Part shown: one piece after another, positions 9,951-18,982 of the stretch
Layout of the letters: each line of letters begins with the position of its first letter
Position numbering within the stretch: position 1 is the stretch's first letter
NCBI GenBank assembly: GCA_007117415.1
Contig: SKGN01000068.1
Location: 1-34,693 of the forward strand
Source of the DNA: Bacilli bacterium
Lineage (GTDB): Bacteria; Bacillota_I; Bacilli_A; RF39; UBA660
Reading direction: 5' to 3'
DNA: 34,693 nucleotides
Position numbers and translations under genes: made by a program
Notes under the pieces: model-generated
Seen by the model: the letters and a program-made list of their open reading frames with translations, nothing else
Database searches by the model: none
What the model was told of the DNA's origin: nothing

Positions 9951-10025
9951 TGGAGCAAGTGACGGGAATCGAACCCGTATCTCAACCTTGGCAAGGTTGC
10001 ATAATAGCCTTTATACTACACCTGC
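9951..10025 (-). tRNA. tRNA-Gly (GCC)
   Basis: GCAGGTGTAGTATAAAGGCTATTATGCAACCTTGCCAAGGTTGAGATACGGGTTCGATTCCCGTCACTTGCTCCA. Confidence 0.96.
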
Positions 10026-10033
10026 AACAATAT

Positions 10034-10107
10034 TGGAGGGGCTAGTCGGATTTGAACCAACGCTCAGGGAGTTGCAGTCCCACGCCTTACCACTTGGCTA
10101 TAGCCCC
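10034..10107 (-). tRNA. tRNA-Cys (GCA)
   Basis: GGGGCTATAGCCAAGTGGTAAGGCGTGGGACTGCAACTCCCTGAGCGTTGGTTCAAATCCGACTAGCCCCTCCA. Confidence 0.96.
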
Positions 10108-10121
10108 ATATGAGTATTAGT

Positions 10122-10150
10122 ATTATAACAAAAAAAATGATTTGAGGCAA
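10122..10150 (-). promoter_or_regulatory. sigmaA promoter of the tRNA-Cys/Gly pair
   Basis: TTGCCT-17 nt-TATAAT with TG extension. Confidence 0.75.
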
Positions 10151-10190
10151 TGGTTTTATCTTTTTTTCCTCTTTTACCTTATTATATGAT

Positions 10191-11072
10191 TTAGTTAATA
10201 TTATTATTTCGTTGTTGTCGACCAAAAGAAGATTTCTTCCAACATGATACTAAGAAAACTACTAGAAATATAATTCCGGCTACGGTAGCCATAGAACCTG
10301 CTATCGAGACATCAAAAACATAGGCCATTTGATATCCAACGATTCCAATTAACACACCAATAAAACAACTTATAAAGATCATATTAGATAAATTATCTGT
10401 TATTAAATACGCTGTTAAAGGCGGAACAACCATTAATGCTACCACCAAAATAAAGCCAACCGCTTCAAAGGCTCCAACAGCAGTAATAGAAACAACTCCC
10501 ATTAAACTGTAATGAATAATAACTGGTGAAAAACCTAACATAGTTGCTAAGGTTGGATCAAAAGTTACTAGTTTTAACTCTTTATAAAATAAATATATAT
10601 ATGTAATATTCAAACTAAGAATAGCGGTTATTATATAGATTGCCTTGGGTCCAAAATCAATATTGGCAATTATTAAACGATTAAAAGGGGTGAAGGCTAT
10701 TTCACCTAATAAAACAGCATCGATATCCAAATGAACATTACCAGCATAACGAGATATAATAATTACGCCAACACTAAATAAAAAAGTAAAAACTAACCCA
10801 ATTGAGGCTTCTTCGCTAACTAAATGAGTTTGCTTTAATAGTTCAACTAGAAAAACAGTTACCACCCCTGTTAGAGCTGCTCCAATAATTAATAAAGGCG
10901 AATTAATGTCGCCTACATATAAGAAAGCAATTGCAATGCCCGCTAAAATAGAATGACTAATAGCGTCACTCATCATCGCCATTTTTCGAAGGACTAAAAA
11001 TACTCCTGATAAGGTGCAACTTACAGCTACTAAAACTGCTAAAATTTGAATTTCTATAGCCGGATTAAGCAC
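10191..11072 (-). CDS. mntD: Mn/Zn/Fe ABC transporter permease
   Basis: RKMAMMSDAISHSILAG, HLDIDAVLLGE, TFDPTLA. Probable GTG start at 11072 after AAAGGGG (ORF track start 11081). Confidence 0.88.
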   Translation of the reverse strand: MLNPAIEIQILAVLVAVSCTLSGVFLVLRKMAMMSDAISHSILAGIAIAFLYVGDINSPLLIIGAALTGVVTVFLVELLKQTHLVSEEASIGLVFTFLFSVGVIIISRYAGNVHLDIDAVLLGEIAFTPFNRLIIANIDFGPKAIYIITAILSLNITYIYLFYKELKLVTFDPTLATMLGFSPVIIHYSLMGVVSITAVGAFEAVGFILVVALMVVPPLTAYLITDNLSNMIFISCFIGVLIGIVGYQMAYVFDVSIAGSMATVAGIIFLVVFLVSCWKKSSFGRQQRNNNIN

Positions 11073-12156
11073 ATAAAACACCCCTTTCTAATATTTCTTC
11101 TAATCCTTTTTTTGTTATTTCCGTCTTATCATTAGTTATTAATAGCCATCCTTTTTTTAATAAGTAATATCGTAATTGTTTTTTCTTTTTAGCTGATAAT
11201 AGAATCAAATTATCCATTATTTGTTTTATACTAATTATTTCCTCTTTTTTAAAAGATTTATAACAATCAAATAAAATTTGTTTGGCTAAAATAGAATTAA
11301 TTTTTTGCTTCCTTCTTATTATTCTAGATAACAAGCCTCTTTCAAACGCTAACACAAGAGATATTAAAACAATAATAAAATTCATTATAACAATAGTAGG
11401 ACCAGTAGGCATTCTAGGTACTATACTACTAATAAAGGAACCACCAACGCCTGCTAAAGCACCTATAAATCCGGCTAATAATATCATTTTATTTAACTTA
11501 TTAGTCCACTGTCTGGCTGCTACTGGGGGGGCTATAATCATTACGCTCATTAATATAACTCCTACCATTTGTAATCCAATTATAATTGAAATAACTAATA
11601 AAGAGGTTAAGATAATATCAAAAAACATCATGGGTAACCCCAGGCTTTCACCAAAATCATTATTAAAGCATAACAATTTGAATTCCTTCCAAAATAAAAT
11701 AATAATAAATAAAACTAAAATACCTAGCCCTAGCATCATTATTACATCAGCATATAAGATAGAAGCAGCTCTTCCAAATAAAAACTTATTTAAACCAGCT
11801 TGACTAGCGCCAGGTAGTTTTTGCGCCACACTCAGTAAGACCATTCCCATTCCAAAGAAAACAGACAAAATAATAGCTAAAGCGCCATCGTACGTTATAT
11901 TACTATATTTGACGATTAACATCATTATAAAAGTAGACAACAAACTCGCTGCAAAGGCTCCTATTAATAAAATATACGATGCGCTTTGACTGGTTAATAA
12001 AAACGCTATAACCAAGCCTGGCAAAGCCGAGTGCGATATAGCGTCACCCATTAAACTCTGTTTTCTTAAAACAGCAAAGGTGCCAACCATACCACTTGTA
12101 ATCCCTAAAATTATAGATCCTAATAAAACCATTTGCAAAGTATAATCATTTAACAT
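11065..12156 (-). CDS. mntC: Mn/Zn/Fe ABC transporter permease with C-terminal extension
   Basis: RKQSLMGDAISHSALPG, FLFGRAAS, AARQWT, PTGP. ATG 12156 follows GGGG (ORF track start 12174). Confidence 0.88.
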   Translation of the reverse strand: MLNDYTLQMVLLGSIILGITSGMVGTFAVLRKQSLMGDAISHSALPGLVIAFLLTSQSASYILLIGAFAASLLSTFIMMLIVKYSNITYDGALAIILSVFFGMGMVLLSVAQKLPGASQAGLNKFLFGRAASILYADVIMMLGLGILVLFIIILFWKEFKLLCFNNDFGESLGLPMMFFDIILTSLLVISIIIGLQMVGVILMSVMIIAPPVAARQWTNKLNKMILLAGFIGALAGVGGSFISSIVPRMPTGPTIVIMNFIIVLISLVLAFERGLLSRIIRRKQKINSILAKQILFDCYKSFKKEEIISIKQIMDNLILLSAKKKKQLRYYLLKKGWLLITNDKTEITKKGLEEILERGVLCA

Positions 12157-12160
12157 ATAA

Positions 12161-12952
12161 CTACCCCATAACACTTATTTTTTTAGTCATTAATTTGTTT
12201 TTATCTTCCTCTAAACCATTTTGCTCATCTATTCTTATTGCCTCTTTTTCATATGTTTCTTTTAAGTTTTGTTTATTAAAAACTTCTTCTTTAGGACCAT
12301 AGACAATACATTTTACATTTAATAGAATAAGCCAATCAAAATATTCAGTAACAGTTTGTAAATCATGATGAACAACAATAACTGTTTTTCCTTGCTTTTT
12401 TAGTTCATTTAATAGCGCTATTATAGCTTTTTCTGTTACAGCATCAACGCCTTGTAATGGTTCATCCATTATATATAAATCAGCTTCTTGAACCAAAGCT
12501 CTAGCTAAAAAAACCCGCTGTTGCTCTCCTCCTGATAATTGATCGATTTGACGATGAGAATATTTTTCCATTCCTAACTTTTTTAAAGCCTCCATTGCTA
12601 TGGTTTTATCTTTAGTGTTGGGACGTTTAAACCAACCTATTTTTTTGTATAACCCCATCATAACTACCTCTAAAACACTAATAGGAAAATTCCAATCAAT
12701 GATCCTCCGTTGAGGCACATATGCTACTCTTTTCCGGTTGGCTTTATTATTTTTACCAAATAGTAATATCCGTCCTGTTAAAGGTTTAATTATACCTAAT
12801 ATTGATTTAAGCAAAGTGCTCTTCCCCGCCCCATTAGGGCCTATAATACCAATTATATGACCAGCTGGGACCTTAATATTAAGATCCCATAGAACTGGTT
12901 TTTCATTATAAATCATTGTTACTTTTTGAATATCTAGTACTATTTCAGTCAT
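12161..12952 (-). CDS. mntB: Mn/Zn/Fe ABC transporter ATP-binding protein
   Basis: Walker A GPNGAGKST, YVPQR, LSGGEQQR, MDEP, VHHDL. Confidence 0.92.
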   Translation of the reverse strand: MTEIVLDIQKVTMIYNEKPVLWDLNIKVPAGHIIGIIGPNGAGKSTLLKSILGIIKPLTGRILLFGKNNKANRKRVAYVPQRRIIDWNFPISVLEVVMMGLYKKIGWFKRPNTKDKTIAMEALKKLGMEKYSHRQIDQLSGGEQQRVFLARALVQEADLYIMDEPLQGVDAVTEKAIIALLNELKKQGKTVIVVHHDLQTVTEYFDWLILLNVKCIVYGPKEEVFNKQNLKETYEKEAIRIDEQNGLEEDKNKLMTKKISVMG

Positions 12953-12971
12953 TATTTTCCTCCCCTTTTTA

Positions 12972-13889
12972 TTATTTTAACGCTTGAACAATAGTTGTAA
13001 TATTATATTTCATCATGCCTATGTAAGTACCTTCATCTTTTCCTTTTTCACCCATAGCATCTGAATATAAATCGCCACCAATATTAACATCAAAGCCTCT
13101 TGCCTTAACTGCTTGTTGTAACGCTTTTGCATTGCGCGTTGATACCGACGTTTCAACAAATATAGCCTTAATTTCATTTTGAACAATATAATCAGCTAAT
13201 TTTCTAATATCCGCAATACCTACTTCAGACTCTGGACTAAGCCCTTCTATTCCTAAAACAATAAATTCATAAGCTCTCCCAAAATATTGAAAAGCATCAT
13301 GCGCAGTAATTAAAACCCGTTTTTGAGGAGGGATTTCCATCGCTTTATTATATACAAACTCATGCACTTCTCTTACTTCTTCTAAATATTTTTCTGTATT
13401 AATAACATATATATCTTTATTTTTAGGATCATGTTCAATTAAAATATTACTAACATATGTAATTACTTCTAACCATAAATTAGCATCAAACCAAATATGG
13501 GGATCATAACTGCCCTCATAATCATCTTCTCCCGCCATTAATTTTGAATTCAAAACAGCATCACTAATGGCGTATGTAGGAATCTTTTGTTTGGCCATAT
13601 TAGCTAATAAATCAGTCATTTTCCCCTCTAAATGTAAACCATTATAAATAATAATATCCGCTTGTTGTAAAGATCTAACATCACTTTCCGTCGCTTGGTA
13701 TGAATGCGGATCTATTCCTGATCCCATCAAACCTTTCACTTCAACGACATCGCCCCCTATGATTGATACTAAATCAGTAATCTGAGTCGTAGTGGCAACA
13801 ATCGATAATTTATCACTCTTATCATATGTTTCCGTATTAGATAAAATAATACCAACTATAATAATCATCAAACCAGTGATAAATAACAT
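12972..13889 (-). CDS. mntA: Mn/Zn ABC transporter substrate-binding protein (TroA/MntA family)
   Basis: DPHSY, NGLHLEG, YDPHIW, TAHDAFQYF, LYSDAMG. The start may be the in-frame ATT at 13901. Confidence 0.92.
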   Translation of the reverse strand: MLFITGLMIIIVGIILSNTETYDKSDKLSIVATTTQITDLVSIIGGDVVEVKGLMGSGIDPHSYQATESDVRSLQQADIIIYNGLHLEGKMTDLLANMAKQKIPTYAISDAVLNSKLMAGEDDYEGSYDPHIWFDANLWLEVITYVSNILIEHDPKNKDIYVINTEKYLEEVREVHEFVYNKAMEIPPQKRVLITAHDAFQYFGRAYEFIVLGIEGLSPESEVGIADIRKLADYIVQNEIKAIFVETSVSTRNAKALQQAVKARGFDVNIGGDLYSDAMGEKGKDEGTYIGMMKYNITTIVQALK

Positions 13890-13922
13890 TATTTTATTAA
13901 TAATTTTATCCTCCTTTTATTT

Positions 13923-13967
13923 GTTAACTGAAGATAATTTTGTTTCCGTCAGCTAACTTTCATTATA
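13923..13967 (-). promoter_or_regulatory. Putative MntR operator pair just downstream of the mntA -10 element
   Basis: GTTAGCTGACGGAAAC (13957-13942, minus) and the inverted related GTTAACTGAAGATAAT (13923-13938, plus); TATAAT at 13967-13962. Confidence 0.45.
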
Positions 13968-14099
13968 AAAAGAATAAACATCGCATATTGGCTTATTCTT
14001 CTAGCTAATTATATGTTATTAACTATGGTAGGTGTCTGTCCAATAATAAATCATATATTTTATTTTTTTTTATATATATAAAGTAGGGGATGATTTAAA

Positions 14100-14579
14100 A
14101 TGAAACCAAAAAAAAGACACCAAATAATGGAATCATTTGAGGTTCGAAGGGAACTGACTGATCTTTTATCAGCTAGTATGGAAGATTATATAGAGAGCAT
14201 CTTTATCGAGCAAGAAAAAAAAGGTTACGCTAGAACGAATGAAGTAGCTGAAAAATTAAATGTTCAAATTCCTTCAGCTACCAAAATGATAAAAAAACTA
14301 GCTTCCTTAAATTTATTAAAACATGAAAAATATGGGGTTGTTTGTTTAACTGAAAAAGGAATGAAAATAGGTACCTTTTTATGGGAAAGACATCAAATTG
14401 TAGAAACTTTTCTTAAATCATTGGGCATTAAAAAAGATTTATATCAATTCACAGAAGCAATGGAACACAGCGTTAACGAAGAAATATTAATTAATATTGA
14501 AGTATTAAATAATTTTTTTAAATATTACCCTAAATATAAAAGAGAGCTAGATAACTTTAAAAAAGATTATATCCTTTAA
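14100..14579 (+). CDS. mntR: DtxR/MntR-family metal-dependent repressor
   Basis: SASMEDYIESI, GYART, PSATKMIKKL, EKYG, RHQIVETFL, EAMEH; divergent from mntABCD. Confidence 0.9.
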   Translation: MKPKKRHQIMESFEVRRELTDLLSASMEDYIESIFIEQEKKGYARTNEVAEKLNVQIPSATKMIKKLASLNLLKHEKYGVVCLTEKGMKIGTFLWERHQIVETFLKSLGIKKDLYQFTEAMEHSVNEEILINIEVLNNFFKYYPKYKRELDNFKKDYIL

Positions 14580-15220
14580 CTTAATATAATTAGTAACCCA
14601 AATAACATTAATAAAAAAGGAGGTATAAATACTAATTGTTGTAATAATTTTATTTTAGCGATAACAAACCCAAACTTTATTCCAAAACAAATAAAAAAAC
14701 CACTCATTAACGCTACTAAAGAAGCAGTTAGAAAAGGAGAATACCCAATCATAGCTGCCCCAAGACCAGCTCCAAACGAATCAAATGCTAATGCAAAACC
14801 TAACAATATCGATTCTTTTAAGGACATAACCTTCAATGCTTTATTTTTAAAATGACTAGTTTCAACTACAAACATATAATTTTCTAACAAATTAGAAAAA
14901 GGCTTATTATCACTTGAAAAAGGTAAGTTATTTAATGATGTTTTTGGTTTTTTTATGCCTATTACATTATACAAACTAAACAAACCAAGCATAGTTAAAA
15001 TAATACCGCCCATATACTTAGTTGATTCAACATTAATAAAAGAAATTAGCCATTCGCCAAACATCATTGATATTAATACGACCAGTCCATTACATAACAT
15101 TATAATTAATAAAGGCCTTAAAGAAACATTTATTTTACGCATACCATAAGTTATACCTACGCCAAAACTATCTAGACTAACAGCCAATATTAAAATAATT
15201 AAACCAGGGTAAAACAACAT
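14576..15220 (-). CDS. ytaF: YtaF/MntP-family membrane protein
   Basis: Two repeats AVSLDSFGVGITYG and ALAFDSFGAGLGAA. ATG 15220 follows SD AGGTGA (ORF track start 15241). Confidence 0.8.
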   Translation of the reverse strand: MLFYPGLIILILAVSLDSFGVGITYGMRKINVSLRPLLIIMLCNGLVVLISMMFGEWLISFINVESTKYMGGIILTMLGLFSLYNVIGIKKPKTSLNNLPFSSDNKPFSNLLENYMFVVETSHFKNKALKVMSLKESILLGFALAFDSFGAGLGAAMIGYSPFLTASLVALMSGFFICFGIKFGFVIAKIKLLQQLVFIPPFLLMLFGLLIILS

Positions 15221-15239
15221 ATAAAACTCACCTAACTTC

Positions 15240-15265
15240 ATAATATGACTTTTTATTTGATATGT
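15240..15265 (-). promoter_or_regulatory. sigmaK/sigmaE-like sporulation promoter of ytaF
   Basis: AC-16 nt-CATATTAT directly upstream of the SD. Confidence 0.45.
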
Positions 15266-15306
15266 TAATTATCAAAAAAGAAGAATATTAAGCAAATATT
15301 CTCTTT

Positions 15307-16158
15307 TTATTCAATCGCATTAATACTTCTATTATTTATACTTCTTGCTTCTTCGGCCTCTTTTCTTATCGCTTCTTTTCTTACTTCTAATAATTCTCTT
15401 ATTCTTTGCTCACGCTCTTCTAAATCAACATTATCTAGTTTGTTATCATTATCATTTATTATTTGTTGCTTTAAATCATTTAGGCGGTTAGCATTCTCAG
15501 TAATTCTTTCCTCTCTTTCCTCACGAAAGAAAGTTCTTAACTCTGCAACTTTATCACTGATTTTATTTCTTCGTTGAAGAACCGCTTCTTTAATTTTCAG
15601 TTGAATTTCTCTAATGCTACTATTAACAAGTTCCTCTCTACTTAATTCAGCATTCAATCTTAACGCTCTTTCAATAAGTAACATCTTCCCATAATTAATA
15701 TCGTATTCATCTGCTAACTCTTTTATCTCTGCGGTAACATCACTTGCCATAATTCTGGCATAAATATTTTTTTCTTCTAAAAAAGATTGCATTTTTTCTC
15801 TAACTCTTTTTTCATTACGTTCCTTTTCTTCAACATCATCTGAATAAGAAGTTATAAGAATATCATTTTCAGCGCTAAATTCATCAATATATCCTGTTTC
15901 AACAGCAGTTGATACCAATTTCGCTATCCCTTCTTCTAAAGTTTCATTTTCAAGCGTTAAATCGGATAATAAAATATCCCCCTCATCATTTAAAGCTAAA
16001 ATCTCTACTATTTTTGCTTGTTTATCAATCCCTAATTGGATACTAGGATTAATATCAATTGTTATATATTGTAATTCTGTTTGTAAATTTTGATTATAAA
16101 TAAAATACGCAAAAACTACCACTATAATTGCCATCACCACAATAAAACCTTTTTTCAT
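15307..16158 (-). CDS. RsgI-like extracytoplasmic-domain protein lacking the cytoplasmic anti-sigma domain
   Basis: YITIDINPSIQLGID...ALNDEG and INYGKMLL motifs, N-terminal TM helix, charged coiled-coil C-terminus. Confidence 0.75.
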   Translation of the reverse strand: MKKGFIVVMAIIVVVFAYFIYNQNLQTELQYITIDINPSIQLGIDKQAKIVEILALNDEGDILLSDLTLENETLEEGIAKLVSTAVETGYIDEFSAENDILITSYSDDVEEKERNEKRVREKMQSFLEEKNIYARIMASDVTAEIKELADEYDINYGKMLLIERALRLNAELSREELVNSSIREIQLKIKEAVLQRRNKISDKVAELRTFFREEREERITENANRLNDLKQQIINDNDNKLDNVDLEEREQRIRELLEVRKEAIRKEAEEARSINNRSINAIE

Positions 16159-16350
16159 ATCTTTTCTCCTTTCATATTTTTATAACATAAATATTATATC
16201 ATAGAAAATATGACTACTTTCTATTTTTTTAATCATTCTGAAACTATTTTACACTAACATTACACCATAAAAAACGGAACAAACTTTTTTTAATTTGCAA
16301 GTTTAAGTTTACTTTCATCTTTTTATAACATTAATCCAATTTAATTAAAA

Positions 16351-16380
16351 AATAGAATAAAACCGAAGTTTTATTCTATT
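16351..16380 (-). terminator. Intrinsic terminator of hsp20
   Basis: AATAGAATAAAAC-CGAA-GTTTTATTCTATT overlapping the stop codon. Confidence 0.75.
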
Positions 16381-16769
16381 TCAATTAATTTTTTATTTGT
16401 TTCTTCTAATTGTTTTTTAGGGAAAGTTACTTTTAAGGTTCCATCGTTGAAATTAGCTTTTATTAATGAATCATCGATTTCACCAACATAGAAACTTCTT
16501 TTATATTCTCCATAATATCTTTCTTTACGAATATAATTTTTAGTTTCTTCTTTTAATTCTTCCTTTTTCGCATTTACATTTAGATAGCCTTTTTTATATT
16601 CAATACTTACATCTTCTTTTTTGAATCCAGGGACATCTATTTCAACTACATAATTGTCTCCTTCTTCATAAATATCTGATCTCATAATATCAGTTGTTTT
16701 AACGATAGAAGCATCAAAAAAGTCATCAAATATTTCCCTAAAAAAAGCATTTTTTGGAATTAAATCCAT
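16371..16769 (-). CDS. Hsp20/alpha-crystallin small heat-shock protein
   Basis: MRSDIYE, DVPGFKKEDV, ERYYGEYKRSF, ANFNDGTLKVTFPK. Confidence 0.95.
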   Translation of the reverse strand: MDLIPKNAFFREIFDDFFDASIVKTTDIMRSDIYEEGDNYVVEIDVPGFKKEDVSIEYKKGYLNVNAKKEELKEETKNYIRKERYYGEYKRSFYVGEIDDSLIKANFNDGTLKVTFPKKQLEETNKKLIEIE

Positions 16770-16790
16770 TTATATCCCTCCTTAATTATT

Positions 16791-16818
16791 ATTATATTTT
16801 TTTCTTTTTATTTGTCAA
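16791..16818 (-). promoter_or_regulatory. sigmaA promoter of hsp20
   Basis: TTGACA-16 nt-TATAAT. Confidence 0.75.
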
Positions 16819-16825
16819 TACTTTT

Positions 16826-16852
16826 TTAGCACTTTGTTAAACAAAGTGCTAA
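16826..16852. promoter_or_regulatory. CIRCE element (HrcA operator)
   Basis: TTAGCACTT-N9-AAGTGCTAA versus consensus TTAGCACTC-N9-GAGTGCTAA, upstream of hsp20. Confidence 0.85.
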
Positions 16853-18195
16853 AAATTGTTTTTTAAGGCATAATTTATTTTAGCATAATTACTTATTTCT
16901 TTATCTAACGATACTAAATCATCCCTGCTTAACTCTTTAAAATTTTTTTTACCTAAAGCTTGTAACGCTAATTTCATTTCTTCATTACAAGATTTCAAAA
17001 AGTTTGAAAGCGATTTAGCCGATAAATTAATATTAAGTTTATCTTTATATACACCCGTATTTAACGCTAATTGGGTTGGCGGTAAGTTTGGCAATGTTTT
17101 AGCAGCTTGATTATGAACAGCGGCAAATAACGCAATTGAGCCTATATAAACAGCATCTGCTCCTAAAGCTATTGCTTTTAGAAAGTGTCCAGGAGTAGTT
17201 AAACCACCAGCTATAATTAAATCAAATTGATCTTTTAAACCTTTTTTTTCTAAATAATTTACCGCCCTTATTAAAGCATAAAGAGTAGGTAATCCCAAAT
17301 TATCTTCTAAAGTAGGAGGAGCTACCGCCGTACCGCCCTCACATCCATCAATAACGATATAATCACATTCGGTACTAGTTATAACATCAAGTTCTTTTTC
17401 AATATAATTAGAACCGGCTATTTTTATCCCAATTGGTACATCATGTTGCTTTTTTAATTTTTTTACTAATTTAATTAAGTCTTCTTTTGATTCAATTCCT
17501 TTCATTCTAGCGTAGAATGGCTTATCCTCGCCTTCTTTTAAACGCCAATCTTTTCTTAGTCTCTCATCTATATCTTTAGCGTAAGTTATTGATTCAACCC
17601 CGCCACCCCATGCGCCCTGACCCATTTGTATTTCGATTGCATCTAACTGTTTTAAATCTTCTTCTTTCATTAAATTAGCCCTATTTAATTGCCCAACTAC
17701 ATATAAACTATTTTCCTTTACTTCTTTAACTATCGTAGATTCTCCGGTATTAGTCGATATACCCGCCCTTTTAGAACCCTTAGCTAAAGCTACTTTCATT
17801 CTTAAACTTAAACTGCCTCCATACGACATACCAGTTATCATGATTGGCATTTCTAATGTTATTGGTTTTTTGGTCTTTTTACCAATTATTACCTCAGTAT
17901 TGATTTCGGTTAAACTTTTAGTCGGTAACTCAAATAATTGTTTAGGACTAAGTAAAACTTTTTCCCACGGCGAAAAATTAATATTACTACCATAAGGGAG
18001 ACTCAACGCTTTCCCTGTTTGAGCTCTGAGTTGAGCATCTATTATATTCTTAGCCCCTAGTTTTTGAACCGAAGTAATTCCTATATAAGGATTCTTAGCA
18101 TATTCTTGGCTAAACATTTCATAAACATACTCATCAATTACAGGATTCATTAATTTTAACATTATTTTTTTTAATATAAGTAACACCTCCATCAA
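16849..18195 (-). CDS. FMN-binding glutamate synthase family protein (stand-alone GltB FMN domain)
   Basis: MSYGGSLS, NTGE, IEIQMGQGA, DGCEGGT, KAIALGADAV. The true start may be ATA at 18177. Confidence 0.9.
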   Translation of the reverse strand: MMEVLLILKKIMLKLMNPVIDEYVYEMFSQEYAKNPYIGITSVQKLGAKNIIDAQLRAQTGKALSLPYGSNINFSPWEKVLLSPKQLFELPTKSLTEINTEVIIGKKTKKPITLEMPIMITGMSYGGSLSLRMKVALAKGSKRAGISTNTGESTIVKEVKENSLYVVGQLNRANLMKEEDLKQLDAIEIQMGQGAWGGGVESITYAKDIDERLRKDWRLKEGEDKPFYARMKGIESKEDLIKLVKKLKKQHDVPIGIKIAGSNYIEKELDVITSTECDYIVIDGCEGGTAVAPPTLEDNLGLPTLYALIRAVNYLEKKGLKDQFDLIIAGGLTTPGHFLKAIALGADAVYIGSIALFAAVHNQAAKTLPNLPPTQLALNTGVYKDKLNINLSAKSLSNFLKSCNEEMKLALQALGKKNFKELSRDDLVSLDKEISNYAKINYALKNNF

Positions 18196-18241
18196 TTAAG
18201 GTCAATATTAGTGTTATCTTTTTTACAAATATTATTACAAT

Positions 18242-18943
18242 TTATTTATATGTTATTTCAGCTTGAGCGTAACCAAAAAGAAAATCTTCTTCTATTAAAT
18301 CTCTATCTATATCAATTTTATAAATAGCCATAGTATTAGAAAAACTAACCAAACCTTTTCCTTCTTCATAAACCCTTTCTTCCATATATTTATTGTTAAA
18401 ATAACCTTCAATATTATCTATCTCTAATTTGGTTTTATATTGTTTTTTGCCATCATTTAAAAGATTTATTTCCACAATAGTTGTTTTAACTACATATGAA
18501 TTATTATTTATTACTAATTCTTGTTCCCAAGAATGATTAACTCTAAGGGGCGTTTTTAAGATTATTTGATTTGGAACAAGTGAATTCAACTTATTATCAT
18601 AACCCTCTTTTCTATATTCATCGTTATTAATAATCTTTTCAACAATCCTATTTTGATCAATGATATATTCAATCTTAAACTGCCGTTTTTCTATTTCATC
18701 AGAAATACCATTGATCATATAACCATTTATATTATAAATAGTTTTATTCTTATCTTTAGTAATATTAGTTATTTCAACTTTGTGAGCATACTCAGCCATT
18801 CCCACATATCTTGCTTGAACACCAATTTGATCTGGAAATATCTTTAATAATTCTTCACTTTTATTTATCATACAACTTGAAAAACCAAATAATCCCATTA
18901 CTACACAAATTAAGCTTATTCTAAAAAACATTTTATCACTCAC
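18242..18943 (-). CDS. Putative lipoprotein of unknown function
   Basis: Signal peptide ending LFGFSSC (lipobox-like); start at GTG 18943 or ATG 18931. Confidence 0.65.
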   Translation of the reverse strand: MSDKMFFRISLICVVMGLFGFSSCMINKSEELLKIFPDQIGVQARYVGMAEYAHKVEITNITKDKNKTIYNINGYMINGISDEIEKRQFKIEYIIDQNRIVEKIINNDEYRKEGYDNKLNSLVPNQIILKTPLRVNHSWEQELVINNNSYVVKTTIVEINLLNDGKKQYKTKLEIDNIEGYFNNKYMEERVYEEGKGLVSFSNTMAIYKIDIDRDLIEEDFLFGYAQAEITYK

Positions 18944-18982
18944 TTTCTAATATATTATATATTCATTAGCGAGAGAAAATTA

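Noticed and set aside
9928-10113. 61-aa plus-strand ORF
   Set aside because: It is the antisense reading of tRNA-Gly and tRNA-Cys.
11282-11803. 173-aa plus-strand ORF and the other short overlapping ORFs (1042, 1748, 4321, 7948, 14955, 18653, 21898, 22507, 23861, 24021, 29451, 30791, 32363, 32944)
   Set aside because: Shadow frames of well-supported genes, with no recognisable motifs.
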